From: the human T2T-CHM13v2.0 reference genome, Homo sapiens
DNA length: 64,000 nucleotides
Direction: 5' to 3' (one strand)
NCBI RefSeq assembly: GCF_009914755.1
Contig: NC_060946.1
Part shown: positions 50,059-64,000 of the stretch, piece after piece
Numbering within the stretch: position 1 is the stretch's first letter
Layout: the number at the start of each line of letters is the position of its first letter
Program-made: the position numbers and the translations under genes
The notes under the pieces: model-generated
Databases searched by the model: none
Seen by the model: the letters and a program-made list of their open reading frames with translations, nothing else
What the model was told of the DNA's origin: nothing

Positions 50059-51326
50059 CTGTTTCTTGTATTTGATGGTGAAAATCTGTTATTGACAGTA
50101 AGAGGATGGGGGCTCAGGTTAACAACAGAGTGTTAGAAAAGCAGCAGTAAAATTTTGGTTCTCAAAACATTTGATGTCTTATTCCTTTTTTTGAACATGG
50201 GTTTTGCTAAAAAAAAAAAAGGCCAGGCGTTTTGAAACTTGATTTTATTGTCATGTTCTCATTTTGAAATTCATCTTATTGTTTGTACGAATTGGCAGTC
50301 GTATGTGGGAAATTTCAGTTTTGCATACTTTCAGATTATTTTCATTTTTACATCAGAGATTTTGAACAGATGCTATACAAAAGTATTCATGTATTTATTC
50401 AACAAAATTTAGTGCTTGTTATGTTGCAAGATCTTAGTGAACTTCATGCTGTACGTGCCTCAGATACTTTTGTGAATGTAATGGCAACGTCAAAAACTTT
50501 GCCCTTATGCACCTTATAAACCTTTAATTTCAAGGCATGTTGATGAGTGAGCATCTGCTATAACATACTTTCATTGTCATTTAATTAACCATCATTTGGG
50601 TATACCTTATATTAAAACTGATTATTAAAAACTGGAAAATATTTAACACATCTTCATCTTGCCTTTTTCCTTAACATATGTAGATCAAGGGAGTCACTGA
50701 GAATCAATTTTAGGGATAGTTATAAAAATCTTAACTTTGCAATATAACTTTGTCCTCAATGTAATAACTGGAAAAAATAATTTACGTTTCAAAGGCTTTA
50801 ATCTTTGTATTTTTTTGAAAAGGAGCCTTCACCGAGATTCTTTAAAAAATTCTTGCTCTGTCCTACAGTAGAGACTGATAGACTCATGGATATGGTCCTC
50901 TAATGGATCTGTACTACCTCAGTTCTCTGATTGTCGCCCTCCTGTGGTGAAAATTAAAGCTTATTTTCATTTCATATTTAGGATGTAATATGTTCTTTTT
51001 GGGAAAAAATGATGTTTCTTGAGAAATAAGTGCCTTCAGTATCACTGTGTGTCACTTAATAAATATGACTAATATCTACTTTTACCAATTGCTGCAATTT
51101 GATCCTTAAAGAGCCATCTTTAAATCATACTTTTTCTTTGGTTAAAGAAATTATAATAGACATTAATTATTTTTACATAATTTTCTTATGTGGACAGCCA
51201 TTCTTAGAACTAAAACTTTCAGATGTTTATATTACAAGTACAAATATTATTTATTATTATTAATGTCAGTAGCCAAATGTAATCAACTGTCTTCCTTTTA
51301 CTTCCTTTTTTGAATCAAAATGTTAC

Positions 51327-51579
51327 ACTTATACAAGCAAGAGCAACAGCTCTATATCTGGATCACTCAGTGCCTAGAAGATACAACAGCACAATTTACA
51401 AATCCAAATTTCCAGGAAGTCTCTGCACATACCTCTAGTACAAAAGATACTTCAGAGACTAGAGGGTCAGAGGGCAGAGAGGAAATATTCAACTCCCAGT
51501 TCAGGTCAAAAGGGAAGAAAGCCTGGTGTTGAAAGAAATCCAAGAATGACTGTATCTGCAACTCGCTCCTTTCTGTAAA
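51327..51579 (+). pseudogene. MLLT10P: MLLT10 (AF10) single-exon relic (MLLT10P-type)
   Basis: Three frames give TYTSKSNSSISGSL / LEDTTAQFTNPNFQEVSAHTSSTKDTSETRGSEG / SSGQKGRKPGVERNPRMTVSA, colinear with AF10 as recalled; polypyrimidine tract upstream and gt downstream, so it is unprocessed. Confidence 0.88.
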
Positions 51580-52057
51580 GTATTCATGGTGTTTTACTTA
51601 AAATATTTGCTCTTATGATGGTCAATAATATTAATAGTTATGCTTTGTAAAAGAATTTATTCTTTACTTATAATTAACGGATCATTCTAAGTTATTATAT
51701 GTATAGTTGCTATAGTAAGATGATGTGAAAGATTTGTTGCCTGTTAAATGTTTCTGGGATCTTTGCTTTATTTTTATATTATGATCTGTGCTTCCAAAGT
51801 TGAGCTGTAATTTTATTGTTTATACAAATGTAGAATAAAGCTTAAGTATGGGGAGAAAAATAAAAGCTAGAGTTTTCCTTTCAGCTATAGAACAGTCATT
51901 TATTTCTATAAATGTTCTTTCCTAGTTCCACATTTAAAAAGATAAATATGGGGATCTACACAGGTCTCAGTAAATAATAGTTCTTGATTAATAATGCATT
52001 TATTATAAAGCTTAAAGTTTAAAGTAGAATTTTGCTCAGCCTACATATCTTTTATGG

Positions 52058-52233
52058 TCAGGCTGCTCTAATTATGTAATACCCAGTTAAATTTCAATTT
52101 CAGATAAATAAGGAATAATATTTTAGTATAAGCATGTCCCAAATATTGTATGGGATATACTTACACTGAAAAAAGTATTTGTTTATCTGAAATTTCAAAT
52201 TAACTGGGCATGCTATATTTTCTGTGGCAACCT
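52058..52233. mobile_element. MER53-like palindromic hAT MITE
   Basis: cccagttaaatttcaatttcagataaa ... tttatctgaaatttcaaattaactggg inverted arms. Confidence 0.75.
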
Positions 52234-52319
52234 GTTTTATAGAGAACAGAGTAAGTCAGCTAAATTTTAGAATACTTAACCCTAACCTGGTGTTCTAGGT
52301 CTTTCCTTTTTGTAATTAT

Positions 52320-52828
52320 TATTATTATTTGGAGTCAGGGTCGTGCTCCATCACCCAGGCTGGAGTGCAGTGGCACAATCACAGTGCCCTGCAGACTTGA
52401 ACTTCTGGGCTCAAGTGATTCTGGCACCTCTGCCTTTGCCTCCCAAGTAGCTAGTACCACAGGTACGTGGGCCCAGCTAATTTTTTTTTTTTTTTCTCAT
52501 AGAGACAGGGTCTCCGGCTGGTCTGGAACTCCTGGGCTCAAGCAATCCTCCCGCCTCTGCCTTCACTTCCCAAATAGCTGAGACCACAGGCACACGCCAC
52601 CACCATACCCAGCTTATTTTTTATCAGGTTGGTGCAAGAGTAATTGTGGGTTTTGCCATTGAAAGTAATGGCAAAACCAGCAATTACTTTTTGCACCACC
52701 CTAATAATTTTTTGTGGAGACAGGGTCTTGCCCTGTTGTCTAGGCTGGTTTCCAGCTCCTGGGCTCGAGTGACCCTCCTGCCTTGGCCTCTAAAAGTTCT
52801 GGGATTACAGATGGAAGCCACTGTACCA
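52320..52828 (-). mobile_element. Nested AluJ fragments
   Basis: Antisense Alu monomers, interrupted by MADE1. Confidence 0.75.
52624..52703. mobile_element. MADE1 (Hsmar1-derived MITE)
   Basis: 80-bp palindrome tcaggttggtgcaa...ttgcaccaccctaa flanked by TA on both sides. Confidence 0.9.
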
Positions 52829-53937
52829 AGTTACTTTGTATAATTTTTAACATAAACATAAATATTTTCAGAAATAGAAATGTTAAAACCATTGGAGGAA
52901 AATATATTGTAAAGTATACAATAGAAAAAAAATCAAACAAAATACAACAAATACAACAAAAAATTATCAAAATATTCAGAGGAACAAAACAAAATCTAGT
53001 TTTAAAATCTTCAGAATTCAATCCCATTATATCAAACATATAAAGAAACATATTCAAAGAAAAAGGCAATCAATAGAGACTAACCTCGAGATGACCCAGA
53101 TGTTGGAATTAGTGTGGATTTTTAAAGTAGTTAGTTATTGTAATTCTTACTAAAATCAAAACCCCAAAAACCCTTAAAATAAATGGATAGGAAATCACAG
53201 CAGAGAAGAAGAAACTACAATAATAACAGGCTCAAGTGGAAATTCTAGAAGTGAGAAAGTTTTCAAAATTAAAAAATAATAATCTGTGTTCAGGAGCAGC
53301 TTGGAGGTGGAAAAGAGTCAATGAACCTTAAAATACAATTGAAATGATTCAATCTGAAAAATGTGGGCAGTCATAGGTTGGGGTGAGGGAGCTTTTCCTT
53401 TGGTTAATGTTTTAGGTAATCTTGGTTCTGATAAGATTACTAGACTGATCCGTCAGGGGCATGCTAAGCCAGAGTTTATCTTGGTTTCAGTAGTGCTTTA
53501 AACAAAACTCATATACTTGTGTACAAGATGGAAGAAGAGTGGACCAGATGACAATATTTAGATGCAGCCATTCTTAACCTCCGTTGCTCTCCCAGTGGTC
53601 TAGCTGGGGTTTGTATAAAGTGGAATGGGAGGAATAGGGAAGGAGCCCACACCTACCCTCTCCCCTTGTCCACTTGTCCTGCTTCACTAGTGGATAAAGT
53701 CCACGGGAACAGGCAAGTTATTTTAAATCTGTATCTTCTGTTGTCAAGATCTGTAATCAGTTCTGCTCGCTGGACTGGGGACAGGAACCAAGGGAACATG
53801 AGGGTGAACGGGTTGACATGGAGTCCAGGAACACACTGTGCCTACATGCAGAATGTTTGTGCCAGGAAAGCCAGTCAGCAGGCAGATGGTCTCAGGTACC
53901 AAGCTAGTGTTGTGAAGCAAGATTCAGTCTCTTGAAG

Positions 53938-54340
53938 GCGGTGTTCCTCATTCTGTGGTTTGTATCACTTGCTCAGAATGACCTGGAGTACTTGTTAAAA
54001 TGCAAATTTTGAGCCCAATCCTAGACCTCCTAAGCCTGCATCTCTACGGATGGGTCTCAGTAGTCGATATTGGAAATGTGCATGTTCCTAGGAGATGCTT
54101 ATGCATACAGCTGTTGTGTTTAAGGGTTAGGGAGCTGGCAAAAGCAAGGAATACACCAAGCCCTTGGGTGGGAAGGCTCCATAACCTTGACACTGTTAAC
54201 ATTCTGGGCAGAACAGGATTCTGCCGCATGCTTCGCAGCATCCCTAGCCTCTACTCTCTAACACCGTATTCCAGTTGGGAAAACCAAAAATGTCCCCTCG
54301 GAGGCAAAATAGTCACCAGTTGGGAACCGGAACCACTGCT
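53938..54340. mobile_element. MER5-like (~53938-54112) and MER20-like (~54170-54340) hAT remnants
   Basis: cagaat.acctggag..cttgttaaaatgca (MER5) and cagcatccctagcctctactc...gaggcaaaat..caccagttg (MER20). Confidence 0.6.
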
Positions 54341-56648
54341 TTGTGGGATCAGAGTGGTTACTTTGTTCCCAATCCAAAGATCAGAACACACAATGAGAGA
54401 AAGTCCAGCTATTGGAACTGGAGTGTCAAGTTGAAGCTAGACCTACAACAAAAGCTCCAAAAGCTCCTTTATAGGGCTGATCCCATGCCTCAGCTACCTA
54501 GCTTGTACAGATGCCATGTAACTCTAGATTTGGTGACAGAAGGAATTTAAGGCTAGAACTAGATAGGGTCTTTCAGGTTAGGCCAGCACACAACGTGGAC
54601 TTTTGACATCATCCGGATGCTTGAACCAACCTCAGTCTTGAGGCAGAATTTCCCGTGGCATCTGATACACAGCCTGGATTTGGAGCACTCACTGGGATTA
54701 GATGCCACGGGAATATTGTGTTTAGGAACTCTGAAAGAGACAGGCTTCAACAAAGCAGACCTAAGCAACACGTAGCGTCTGAACTTCTTTATCAGCTTCC
54801 ATTCCAGCCCACGAGGACAAAAGCATCACATACATACCCACTGTGGCAAACCTGTCCTCAGTAGGGAGTTTCCCCAGTACTACTCTCCCCTCTGTTCTGA
54901 GCCTACTTGCTCCTTTGTAATGTTTCCACTTTCTGTCCCACTCCCTAATAGATGATTTGTCCTCTCTGTCCAGCCCCCTAGTTCTGATATTTGGATTGTC
55001 TGTGATCTGGATAGTACTTAGGAGGTAGAATCAAAGCCTTGTTGATTGGATTGGGAGTTTCTAACTTCCTATGAAAGGCACTGCTTAAGCATCTATTGTT
55101 TAAAGTAAAGTAAGACTATGATCCATTAAGAAAGATTCCACAAGTAGCGCAGGAAGAATTGGTTTCTAGTACACTTCATGCTTCAGGACAGGAAATCCAG
55201 AAAAAAATTCTGTGGTACGTTAAATGTGTACTGTAAGTTTCATTTCCATGTGAAAAACTGTAGTTAGCTAAAAAGTACATCCATGAAGAATCCTGATTAA
55301 ACTTGTTTAATCCTGGTTATACTAGCTACTAGCTAAACAATAATTTCACAACAACTCAAGAACTCTGTAAAAGCATTTCCTCTGAATATTTCATTCAGAA
55401 AAAAAAACACAAAAAGATAAGACAGAGACAAAAATCCCAGTCATCTACAGTATCTGTCAGCTTTCAATTTGGTTCTCTTGTTTAAATAAAGAAAAATAGT
55501 AAAATTAATCTATGTAAAACATGCCATATGTATTCAACTGCTACTAAATATAAAAAGCTTTAAAACTGTGTGTTCAATTTTGGTTATTGTATTACCACAA
55601 CACTTATATTAAAACATGTATACTTTTAAATTTGGTTTCCATAAAAAATGGATTCTAATCTTATAAAAGTTATTTCCTAATATTCAATAAATGTTGCCCA
55701 AGGGCTTTTCAATCCAAATAGCAATTTTAATTATTCTGGAATTTAAGGGTGCTCTAGATTTCCATTTAACAGGGTGAGAATGCTGTATTATTACAAGTGA
55801 AAAAAGTTACAGGACATAGAGCTTATTCCGTTTTAGAGTCCATATCCTGATTATATTTTATATCCTCTTCTTGATTTCTTACAACTAGATACATATTCAT
55901 TTGCTCAGCTGGAAAAAATTCTTAACATTATTTACTGACTTTAGGTATGAACTCTACCAGCTAGTTAACAGGAAATATGTAATTAAACATTGCCTTTATC
56001 AAGTAATGTAAAAAAAGGGTAAGAGTAACTTTGCAACATAGGACTTGAATGAGCAGCTGGTGATTATCAAAATCTGGCACTTAATTGATTTATACTTGTA
56101 CACTCACAGCTAAACGACTCTACCTGTTTTTCTATGTTGTAAATCTAGGACATCACTTATCTACATAGGAAGAGTAATAAATATTAATAATGTGCTATGA
56201 TAAACATCCTGCACTCTTCCAAATCTTGCAATAAAACTGCTTCAATTTCACTTATTTAGCTTTTATACCTAGCTTTTTAGTTGATATATGCTTATTTTAA
56301 GGAACCTGAACTACTCTAACAGAATCCACATAATTTTTGTATTAGTCAAACTGCTTCTTTCTAACTCTGATTCTAATAGTTATAAAAAGATAATGATAAA
56401 TTTATGAAGTAGATACAGTCAAACCTGAATTTCTTAAAGTATATACTTAGAATCGGTTATAATTTTTAGATATTCTTTCTTGACAGTCTTTTCCCAAACT
56501 CATGATGTGCTCTCTAGGTAATACTGCCACACTCATAAATTATAAATAAAGACAAAAATGTGAAAACTACAGTAATTTAAGACAATATAGGTTTTCTACA
56601 TGCCATTTCTATTGGCTACTGAAGATAGTGAAAATAAGTAAATAGCTA

Positions 56649-56777
<129 letters not shown>

Positions 56778-56859
56778 TCATTGAAAAATACCTCAAACTC
56801 TGATTATACATATTTACTACTAAATATATAAATACTGTTAATTTCTTTTTCACTTATTA

Positions 56860-57252
<393 letters not shown>

Positions 57253-57504
57253 TCATTGACTGGGTAGCACAAGGCCCCACTTCTATTAGGGCATGCTGGC
57301 TGGAGTCCCCTGTGTCCTGGCCAGAGAACAGCCTTTGCCTGGCATCACGCCCATTCTATGAATGGAGAGGTTGACTAACCCGACTGAGTAGCTTTGGGAG
57401 CTGGTAGGATGATTAGGAAAACTGAACCCTCAAGAAAAGAAAAGAATTTAGCTCAGTGCTCTGTCCTATAGGCTACATCGTGTTGCCTCTTCTTGTCCAT
57501 CAGT

Positions 57505-57662
57505 TTTTATTTTTTCAGACGGGATCTTGCTCTATCTCCCAGGCTGGAATGCAGTGGTGATCAGAGCTCACTGCAGCCTTGAACTCCTGGGCTCAAACAA
57601 TCCTCCTGTCTCAGCCTCCCAAGTAGCTGGGCCTACAGGCATGCACCACCATCCCCAGCTAA
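57505..57662 (-). mobile_element. Alu monomer (AluJ/FRAM-like)
   Basis: Single antisense Alu arm. Confidence 0.75.
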
Positions 57663-60600
57663 TTAGGTAATTTATTTTGAAAGCACTTTGAGAAGCACTT
57701 CACTGTCAAATCTGTAGGTCTAAAAGGAAAAGAATACACACACGTAATTGATTTCACATTGTTTTATATTTCCTTTGTCTTCTTCTGGAATGTCATCTTT
57801 TTCCTTGGTTTCTCTTTCAGCACAGGATCTAATCTAGATATTGGAAAAGAGAATCCAATGGGTTATATGTTTATCTTCCACCTTCCCCACTTTACGTATC
57901 ACATAAGAATATTCGAGATGATTTCTTATGCAGAAGAAAAAACTGAGCAACTATATTCAGAAAAAGACAGGTTCTGGCTATGCGTTTTTAATTCATATAT
58001 ATAATCTATATGAGTAAGTGCTATCACATGCTTCCTCCACAGCCCTTGTGTCAGAAACACTACAGACAAAATTATTTCAGAAACATTTTACACATCAGAT
58101 CCTGCTAGGCAATAAAGAAATCATTCATTTAATTTTGTCCTCCAAGTGAATACACTAGGATCAAATTATCCCTAGTAGACAAGTGTTCATTTGATCAGAC
58201 TGAAAGCTTAATAGCTATTTTACATTGCACAGACTATTATCAAAGTATTAAAACTTTTAACATTTCACAACTTGTTTTTAATTAATTGGAACCCACCTCT
58301 TTTACTGGCTTCTTATATTCTCCTAAGTTTGGACAGATATTTACTATCACATGTCATAAGTTAATTGATCTGCATTCAACAATTAGGATCATCCACAGAA
58401 CAGGCAATTGGCAATGGTAAGGACTCATATCTCCTAAATGATCTCTGTGGCCAGAGTCCAGTTCCAGGGCTGCTTAGAAAGTGATGACAAATAACGTGTT
58501 TGTGCCAATGACATCTTTGTGACAGTTTTGATTAGAGGGGTCCCAGACCTGAAAACATTCCCTGCTAGGGCCTGTAACACAATGCTACTTTTAGTAAGAG
58601 GGATCTATGTTCTGGTAGATAAGGCAAGGTCATAAAGGTGAAGGGCTGACAGAGATTAGGAGAGCCTGCAATTGAATGGTATGAAAAGAGTCCTAAATAA
58701 TCACTGTTCAGAGCTTCCAAGTACTTAACTAAACAAAGAGACCCAGAAAACTTTGTATTTCATCTGAAAATTGCTTTAAATAGTGAAAAACGCAATCTTT
58801 GTGTAAGTATCTTTGTATCTTTGTATAAGTGCAAAGCACTGCACATATACTTGCAATTGTTGCCTTCAATAACACTTTTGTGATGATATCCAGATGAAAA
58901 ATAATTTACACATGATACAATAAAATATAAATAAATAAAATTAAATGTAATCACAAACCCATCTGTATTTCCTCAATGACCTGTTTCCTGAGAAGCAATG
59001 TGCTATGAAATACTGAGAGTGGCCTCTGGAGTCAGCTGAGCCTGGGTACACATCCTGTCTTACCACACCTTGAAATCACTGTGATTTCCATGAACTGACT
59101 GACAAAAACCACGAGGATGTAAGGAGGGTCAGAGGCTGTCTTCCTGTCTGTAAGGCTGAGCTCACATCCACCTCACAGGAGCATTATGGAAATTCAAGAC
59201 TACATCGCATGTGCCAGATGCATGCAACGAAAAAATATAACATTTCACTTCTCTAACTGTAAGAAAAACTTACATTTTAGATTGAAATTGTTTGAGCTTT
59301 AGATTTGAAATTATCTGAAATCAAGACTATTCTAAAAAGAAAATCAAACATATGACCGGAAATCTAACATGAAGCACGTACAGAGAATTGATAGATGCTT
59401 TTAAATTACACTGGTAGTAGAGAAAAATGTAACATTAATTTTTATGCTCTAATTATAAGAACGAAGGGCATTTTAGAAAAGGCATTTAACCCCCTCTCTT
59501 AGAGCCTTCCACTCTGGCCCCCACAATGCCTTACAGAGCAAACCTGGGTCAGACTGGATGCAACCTGTGATTCCCAACAGAGACAAACAAAGCAAGGTTC
59601 AGGCTGCTCAGTACTGCGATAGAATGCCAAGACACAGAAAAGCCATGTGTCAAGAAGGGGGGAGTTATTCTTTAGACACATCCTGGTATATGTTTATCAT
59701 TAAAGATCAGTGGCTTTTGTAAGTCTAAAAAATTAAGCCTTAAATGTTTTCATCACATTCCAGTTAACTACCTGATTAATCTAGGTTATATTAACAGTAT
59801 TATTTAGAATTTCACCTTGAAATGAAGATGTCTGTATAACTTTTACAATGATGTAAAACAAAGAGTAGGATTAGGGAGGCCACAGGCTACTGGTGCAATA
59901 GCCAACGCATCTGACTACGGATGAGGGAATTTAGCCTGGAATAAGGAACTTTTATTTCCAGCTTAGTGATGCACACAAATTTTAAAAATAAAATAAAATC
60001 ATGTTTTATGTGATTCATGTTTCTCCTAATGCAAAGAAGACGGGTACTATTAATAAAAATATTTTTAAAATGTAAGGGCTAAGGCCCCAGAAGTTCTGCT
60101 ATGATTTTTTATGTTTCATAGAGTGATTATCATCACAGAAGCTCAAGCATTACATAAATACAAATGCGTATACCCCGACCTGGTAATTCTGCTTCTGGAA
60201 ATTTATCTTCAGTTCCACCCGCACATCTACAAATTGATGCATATTCAATATTATGTACTGCAGCACTGTTTATAAGAGCAAAAGACTGGAAACAGCCTAA
60301 ATTTCCATCTACAAAAGACTAAATAAATTAAGGTACATCCCTAAAATGGAATATTATGTGGCTGTTAAAAAAGAGAGAGAGAGAAAGAGAGGAAAAGCAA
60401 GAAAAAGAGAAAACTTCCTACATTCAAACTAATAGTAGAAAACTCTCCAAGATACAATTTTAAGGAAAAAAAATTCAAAGTTGAGAAGACTATAGAGGAG
60501 GCTGCCTTTAGTGTAAAACAGTTGAAAATTATAGATATATTCATATGTTTATAAAGAAATTTTAGGAGGCTATAAAAAAACAAAGGGAAAGAGGAAAAGG

Positions 60601-63600
60601 AGGTGGGAAACAGGTGAGTAAGATGCATGGCAGGCATATGTCTTCATCTTCATATGCTTTTATTTAAAAATGTTGGACCATGTGTACACGTTATCTATTT
60701 TAAAAATTAGATTTTAAAGTACAAGAAAACAAGAAAATGAAAGCTTAAAAAGAGCATGTGGAACTACCAGAAAAAGATACTAATCCATGGAGATAATGGC
60801 AAGGTAGCTCCTAGATGCACTGATTTCTCTACCACATTGTATAAACAAGCCATCAACTATGGGATTTATAATTAAAAGTGACTCTATTTGAAACACCACA
60901 TTATTAAAAGCCATTAACTAAATCTTTAAAGTGACTGTAAATGATGACTTAACATTTTAAAGAGATACAGTCACATCGCATGTGTGAATGCAGTCATCTG
61001 TATAAAATGTCATCATTACCTTGATCATTTCTTCTTCTCCTGCTGTTTTACTTTTTGCACTGCATCTAATAAAGCGGCTATTTGAGGCCGAGAAAGCCAT
61101 TTTCCCCTAAGTGAAACAAAATAACAAAATAGCCATGAGGATTCTTCTTGTAGAAGAAACATTAAGTGTTTACACTGAATTAATTTTTCCTCCCTGATTT
61201 AAAAATCACAGAAAAGAACTTAGAGAAAAACCTGAAAAATATAATACAAGAACATATAGAAAAGGAAACCAAAATCACCTTTCATTTTACTATTCAAAGA
61301 TTACCACAATAAACATTTGTAGCATATCTTCCTAGTAGGACTATTCTAATTAGATGAGGTAGGATTGCTTCCTTTCTAAAAGACCTACTGAAGATAAAAC
61401 TGATTTAGTTCTGTTTGAAAAATTAACTTTAAAGATGAGAACATAATTATGGATGCATACTTTATTCAAATATTAGCATTTTAAGTAAAATTTATTTTCT
61501 TCACAATTAGAAAACATGAAAAGGTATATACAATGCCTTTGGTGTTTTTAATTTAAGAGTCAATGTCTGAGGGACTTTTGTGTGTGAAAATAAATATTCA
61601 TATACATTTTTAGTTGTTTAATGTTTGATGTATTACACTGCTTTCTATTAAACAAAACTTTAAAAACTGATTTTCTTGTGTATCTAAATCTGGGTTATAA
61701 ATTTGGTTAGCTTAACTCCCGTAACAAATATAACGTTTATTTATAACTTGTATTTGGTTGATTCTTTTGGAAAACTTGGAATACCATAACATTTAGACAA
61801 AATATTTATAAATACAATGATTACAAAATATGTTAACCTTATATCACATCCAGTTAAAAACGTGCTGATAACATCGATTTAATTTCTTAGTCAAGTCACA
61901 AGGGCTGGGTGTTCTCTCATCTGGATGGCTCCTGGTGAGCCCTGGAACATGGTGGTGGGGTCCAAGGTGATTTAAACCTGTGTCACAGATTATTCAGCTG
62001 AGTCCTTTTTGCAAGAGAGTTTTAAGACCCTCTTTCATTTAAATTTAAATTTTTGAAACTTAGTGTCCTTCCTAAAAATAAAATGAAATGAACTTTCCTA
62101 AAGTGTTGTATTATTAGTACTATCTAAGTCATCATCCTGGCCTTATGAAATATTGGCATTTTCTACTGGTGTAACTTTTATTAGAAGCATCTCATCGTAA
62201 CTAGTAGGATGATCTCAAAGGGGTTGCAACACATTAGCAGGTAATGAAATCAATGTAGTGTTTCCTGAATGGTATTGTGTGGGTGGGGGGGAAAAGGAAA
62301 ACACACAGACACACAGAGGAAGGGTAAAAGAGAATAAGAAATATCAAAGTGCATAACACATGGATAAGTAAGTATTGTTAAGTACAACTCTTGCTTCAGT
62401 TATACATATGTGTGTGCTGGGCTGCAATGTAAAAATGCATTTCTCAATGGATTGGGTAAAAATACTTTTCAAGTCACTGACTTAAGATTTTATCCTAGGG
62501 GATGAGGAAATTAGTCTAAGTGATTACCTCTTTCTGGTGGGATGTTTGTTTAATCTATCATCTTAGAAAACACTGCTGAGTTCCTATTTTCAGTTCATTA
62601 TTGTATACTACCAAAGCTGCTACTCAAAGGCTGAGCTTATCTTCTATTTGCTTGTTCTGCGTGATGCCCACTGGTCCTTACTGTTTTTGATATAGTTATC
62701 TACTTTTTAAAGACAGTTTAGCACTCACATATTTTTGTTCAATCTTTACTTCTCACACAGAAAAAGGAAATTATGTATTCTGTATCAACAAAGATTTAAC
62801 AAAACATCCATATACTACAACTACTTACTAAAATTAAGAATTAGTATACTATCTTTTTTTCTCATATTAAATCTTTTCATACACTATTTTAAGCTTATGA
62901 ACTGAAAGTCTTTTAGAGATAATTTACTTCAATGAACTATTATTATTTATATTTTATATGCAAATTGTCACGACTTGGTCTTAGCTAGCTCTACTGTTCG
63001 CTTACAGTCTGTAATGTTTCTGAAAACATCCATGATTTCTGCTACAAAGAAGACACTTAGGAACAATTCTGTTTTCCTACTCTGTGACCTAAAATTGACT
63101 GGTTCTTCAATGGAAATGAGATCCATATCTAGGCACTAAGGGTATACAGAAATAATTGTGGGCAAAAGTACTAATGCTATTTTTGTTGCACTATATTTTG
63201 AGATCTCTTTAAGGCTCTATGTTCTTACTGATTTATTCCTATTTAATGTATTATACTATTGCATCCTACTTTTTCTTTTTAAATATATTATGATTGACTG
63301 TTACAGACTTTCTGTTAAATTGACAGGGAGTTTTTATAAACAATAACAGCACTTACATTTTTAAAGACTGGTTCCCATTGTTCTCTTGGTCCAATTGCAT
63401 CTGAATGCCCAACAACAAGTTCATCTGAATTTATACCAAGATATTTTCCATAGCCAGATTTCAGGGTGATTCTGTACATTAATAAGATAGATAAAAGTTA
63501 AAAACTGAGAGGAAATTAATTATAGGGCATCAAAACAGGACATGTGTATGTGTGTGGGTGTGTACATATCTAAAATTTCAGACTGGACATATTCCAAGTG

Positions 63601-63616
63601 TTCAAAAGATGCATGT

Positions 63617-63913
63617 GGCTGAGTGGTGACTCACTCCTGTAATCTCTGTGCTTTGGGAAGCCAATGGGAGAATTGCTTGAGGCAAGAAGTTCAAGATCAG
63701 CCTAGACAACATAGTGAGACCCCATCTCTACAAAAAATTTAAAAAGTTAGCTGGGCATGGTGGTGTGCACATGTAATACCAGCTACTTGGGAGGCTGATG
63801 CAGGAGGAGTGCTTGAGCCCAGAAATTTGAGGTTATAGTGAGCTATGATCACACCACTGCCCTCCAGCCTGGGTGACACAGTGAGACTATGTGCCTTCAA
63901 AAAAAAAAAAAAA
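63617..63913 (+). mobile_element. AluJ in the FRG1-like intron 4
   Basis: Sense diverged Alu with A-tail. Confidence 0.88.
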
Positions 63914-64000
63914 GCTACATGTGACTGGTTGTTGCCATATTGGACACTGCAGATTTAAATTTAGTTTTATATTTTGCTTTTTTAATATAAACATTGTACC

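Overview
Primate, human-like genomic DNA with no intact protein-coding gene. It is a repeat-dense mosaic with the 4q35-type FRG1 / MLLT10P / 5S / DUX4 duplicon architecture seen in pericentromeric and subtelomeric paralogous blocks; the exact chromosome cannot be fixed from sequence alone. In order: L1 fragments and a solo ERV1 LTR (1-18.3 kb); two degenerate 5S rDNA repeat units with D-boxes, one interrupted by an LTR2 (18.3-21.9 kb); a minus-strand D4Z4/DUX4-like fragment that lacks both homeodomains but keeps the C-terminal activation motif in a long ORF (21.9-24.0 kb); a Tigger1 containing the MIR4477-type fold-back hairpin and a triplicated terminus (24-26.1 kb); a HERV-K LTR5 solo LTR with a 6-bp TSD inside a 3-kb CA-rich minisatellite (28.6-31.6 kb); a ~315-bp inverted repeat abutting a 15-copy 75-bp VNTR that appears to derive from a MER5 terminus (33.2-36.5 kb); an old ERV-L pol remnant, MLT2, L1s and MST (37.9-50 kb); a single MLLT10 exon relic (51.3-51.6 kb); and exons 5-9 of a minus-strand FRG1 paralogue (55.4-63.5 kb). 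All family assignments come from remembered consensus sequences, not database searches.
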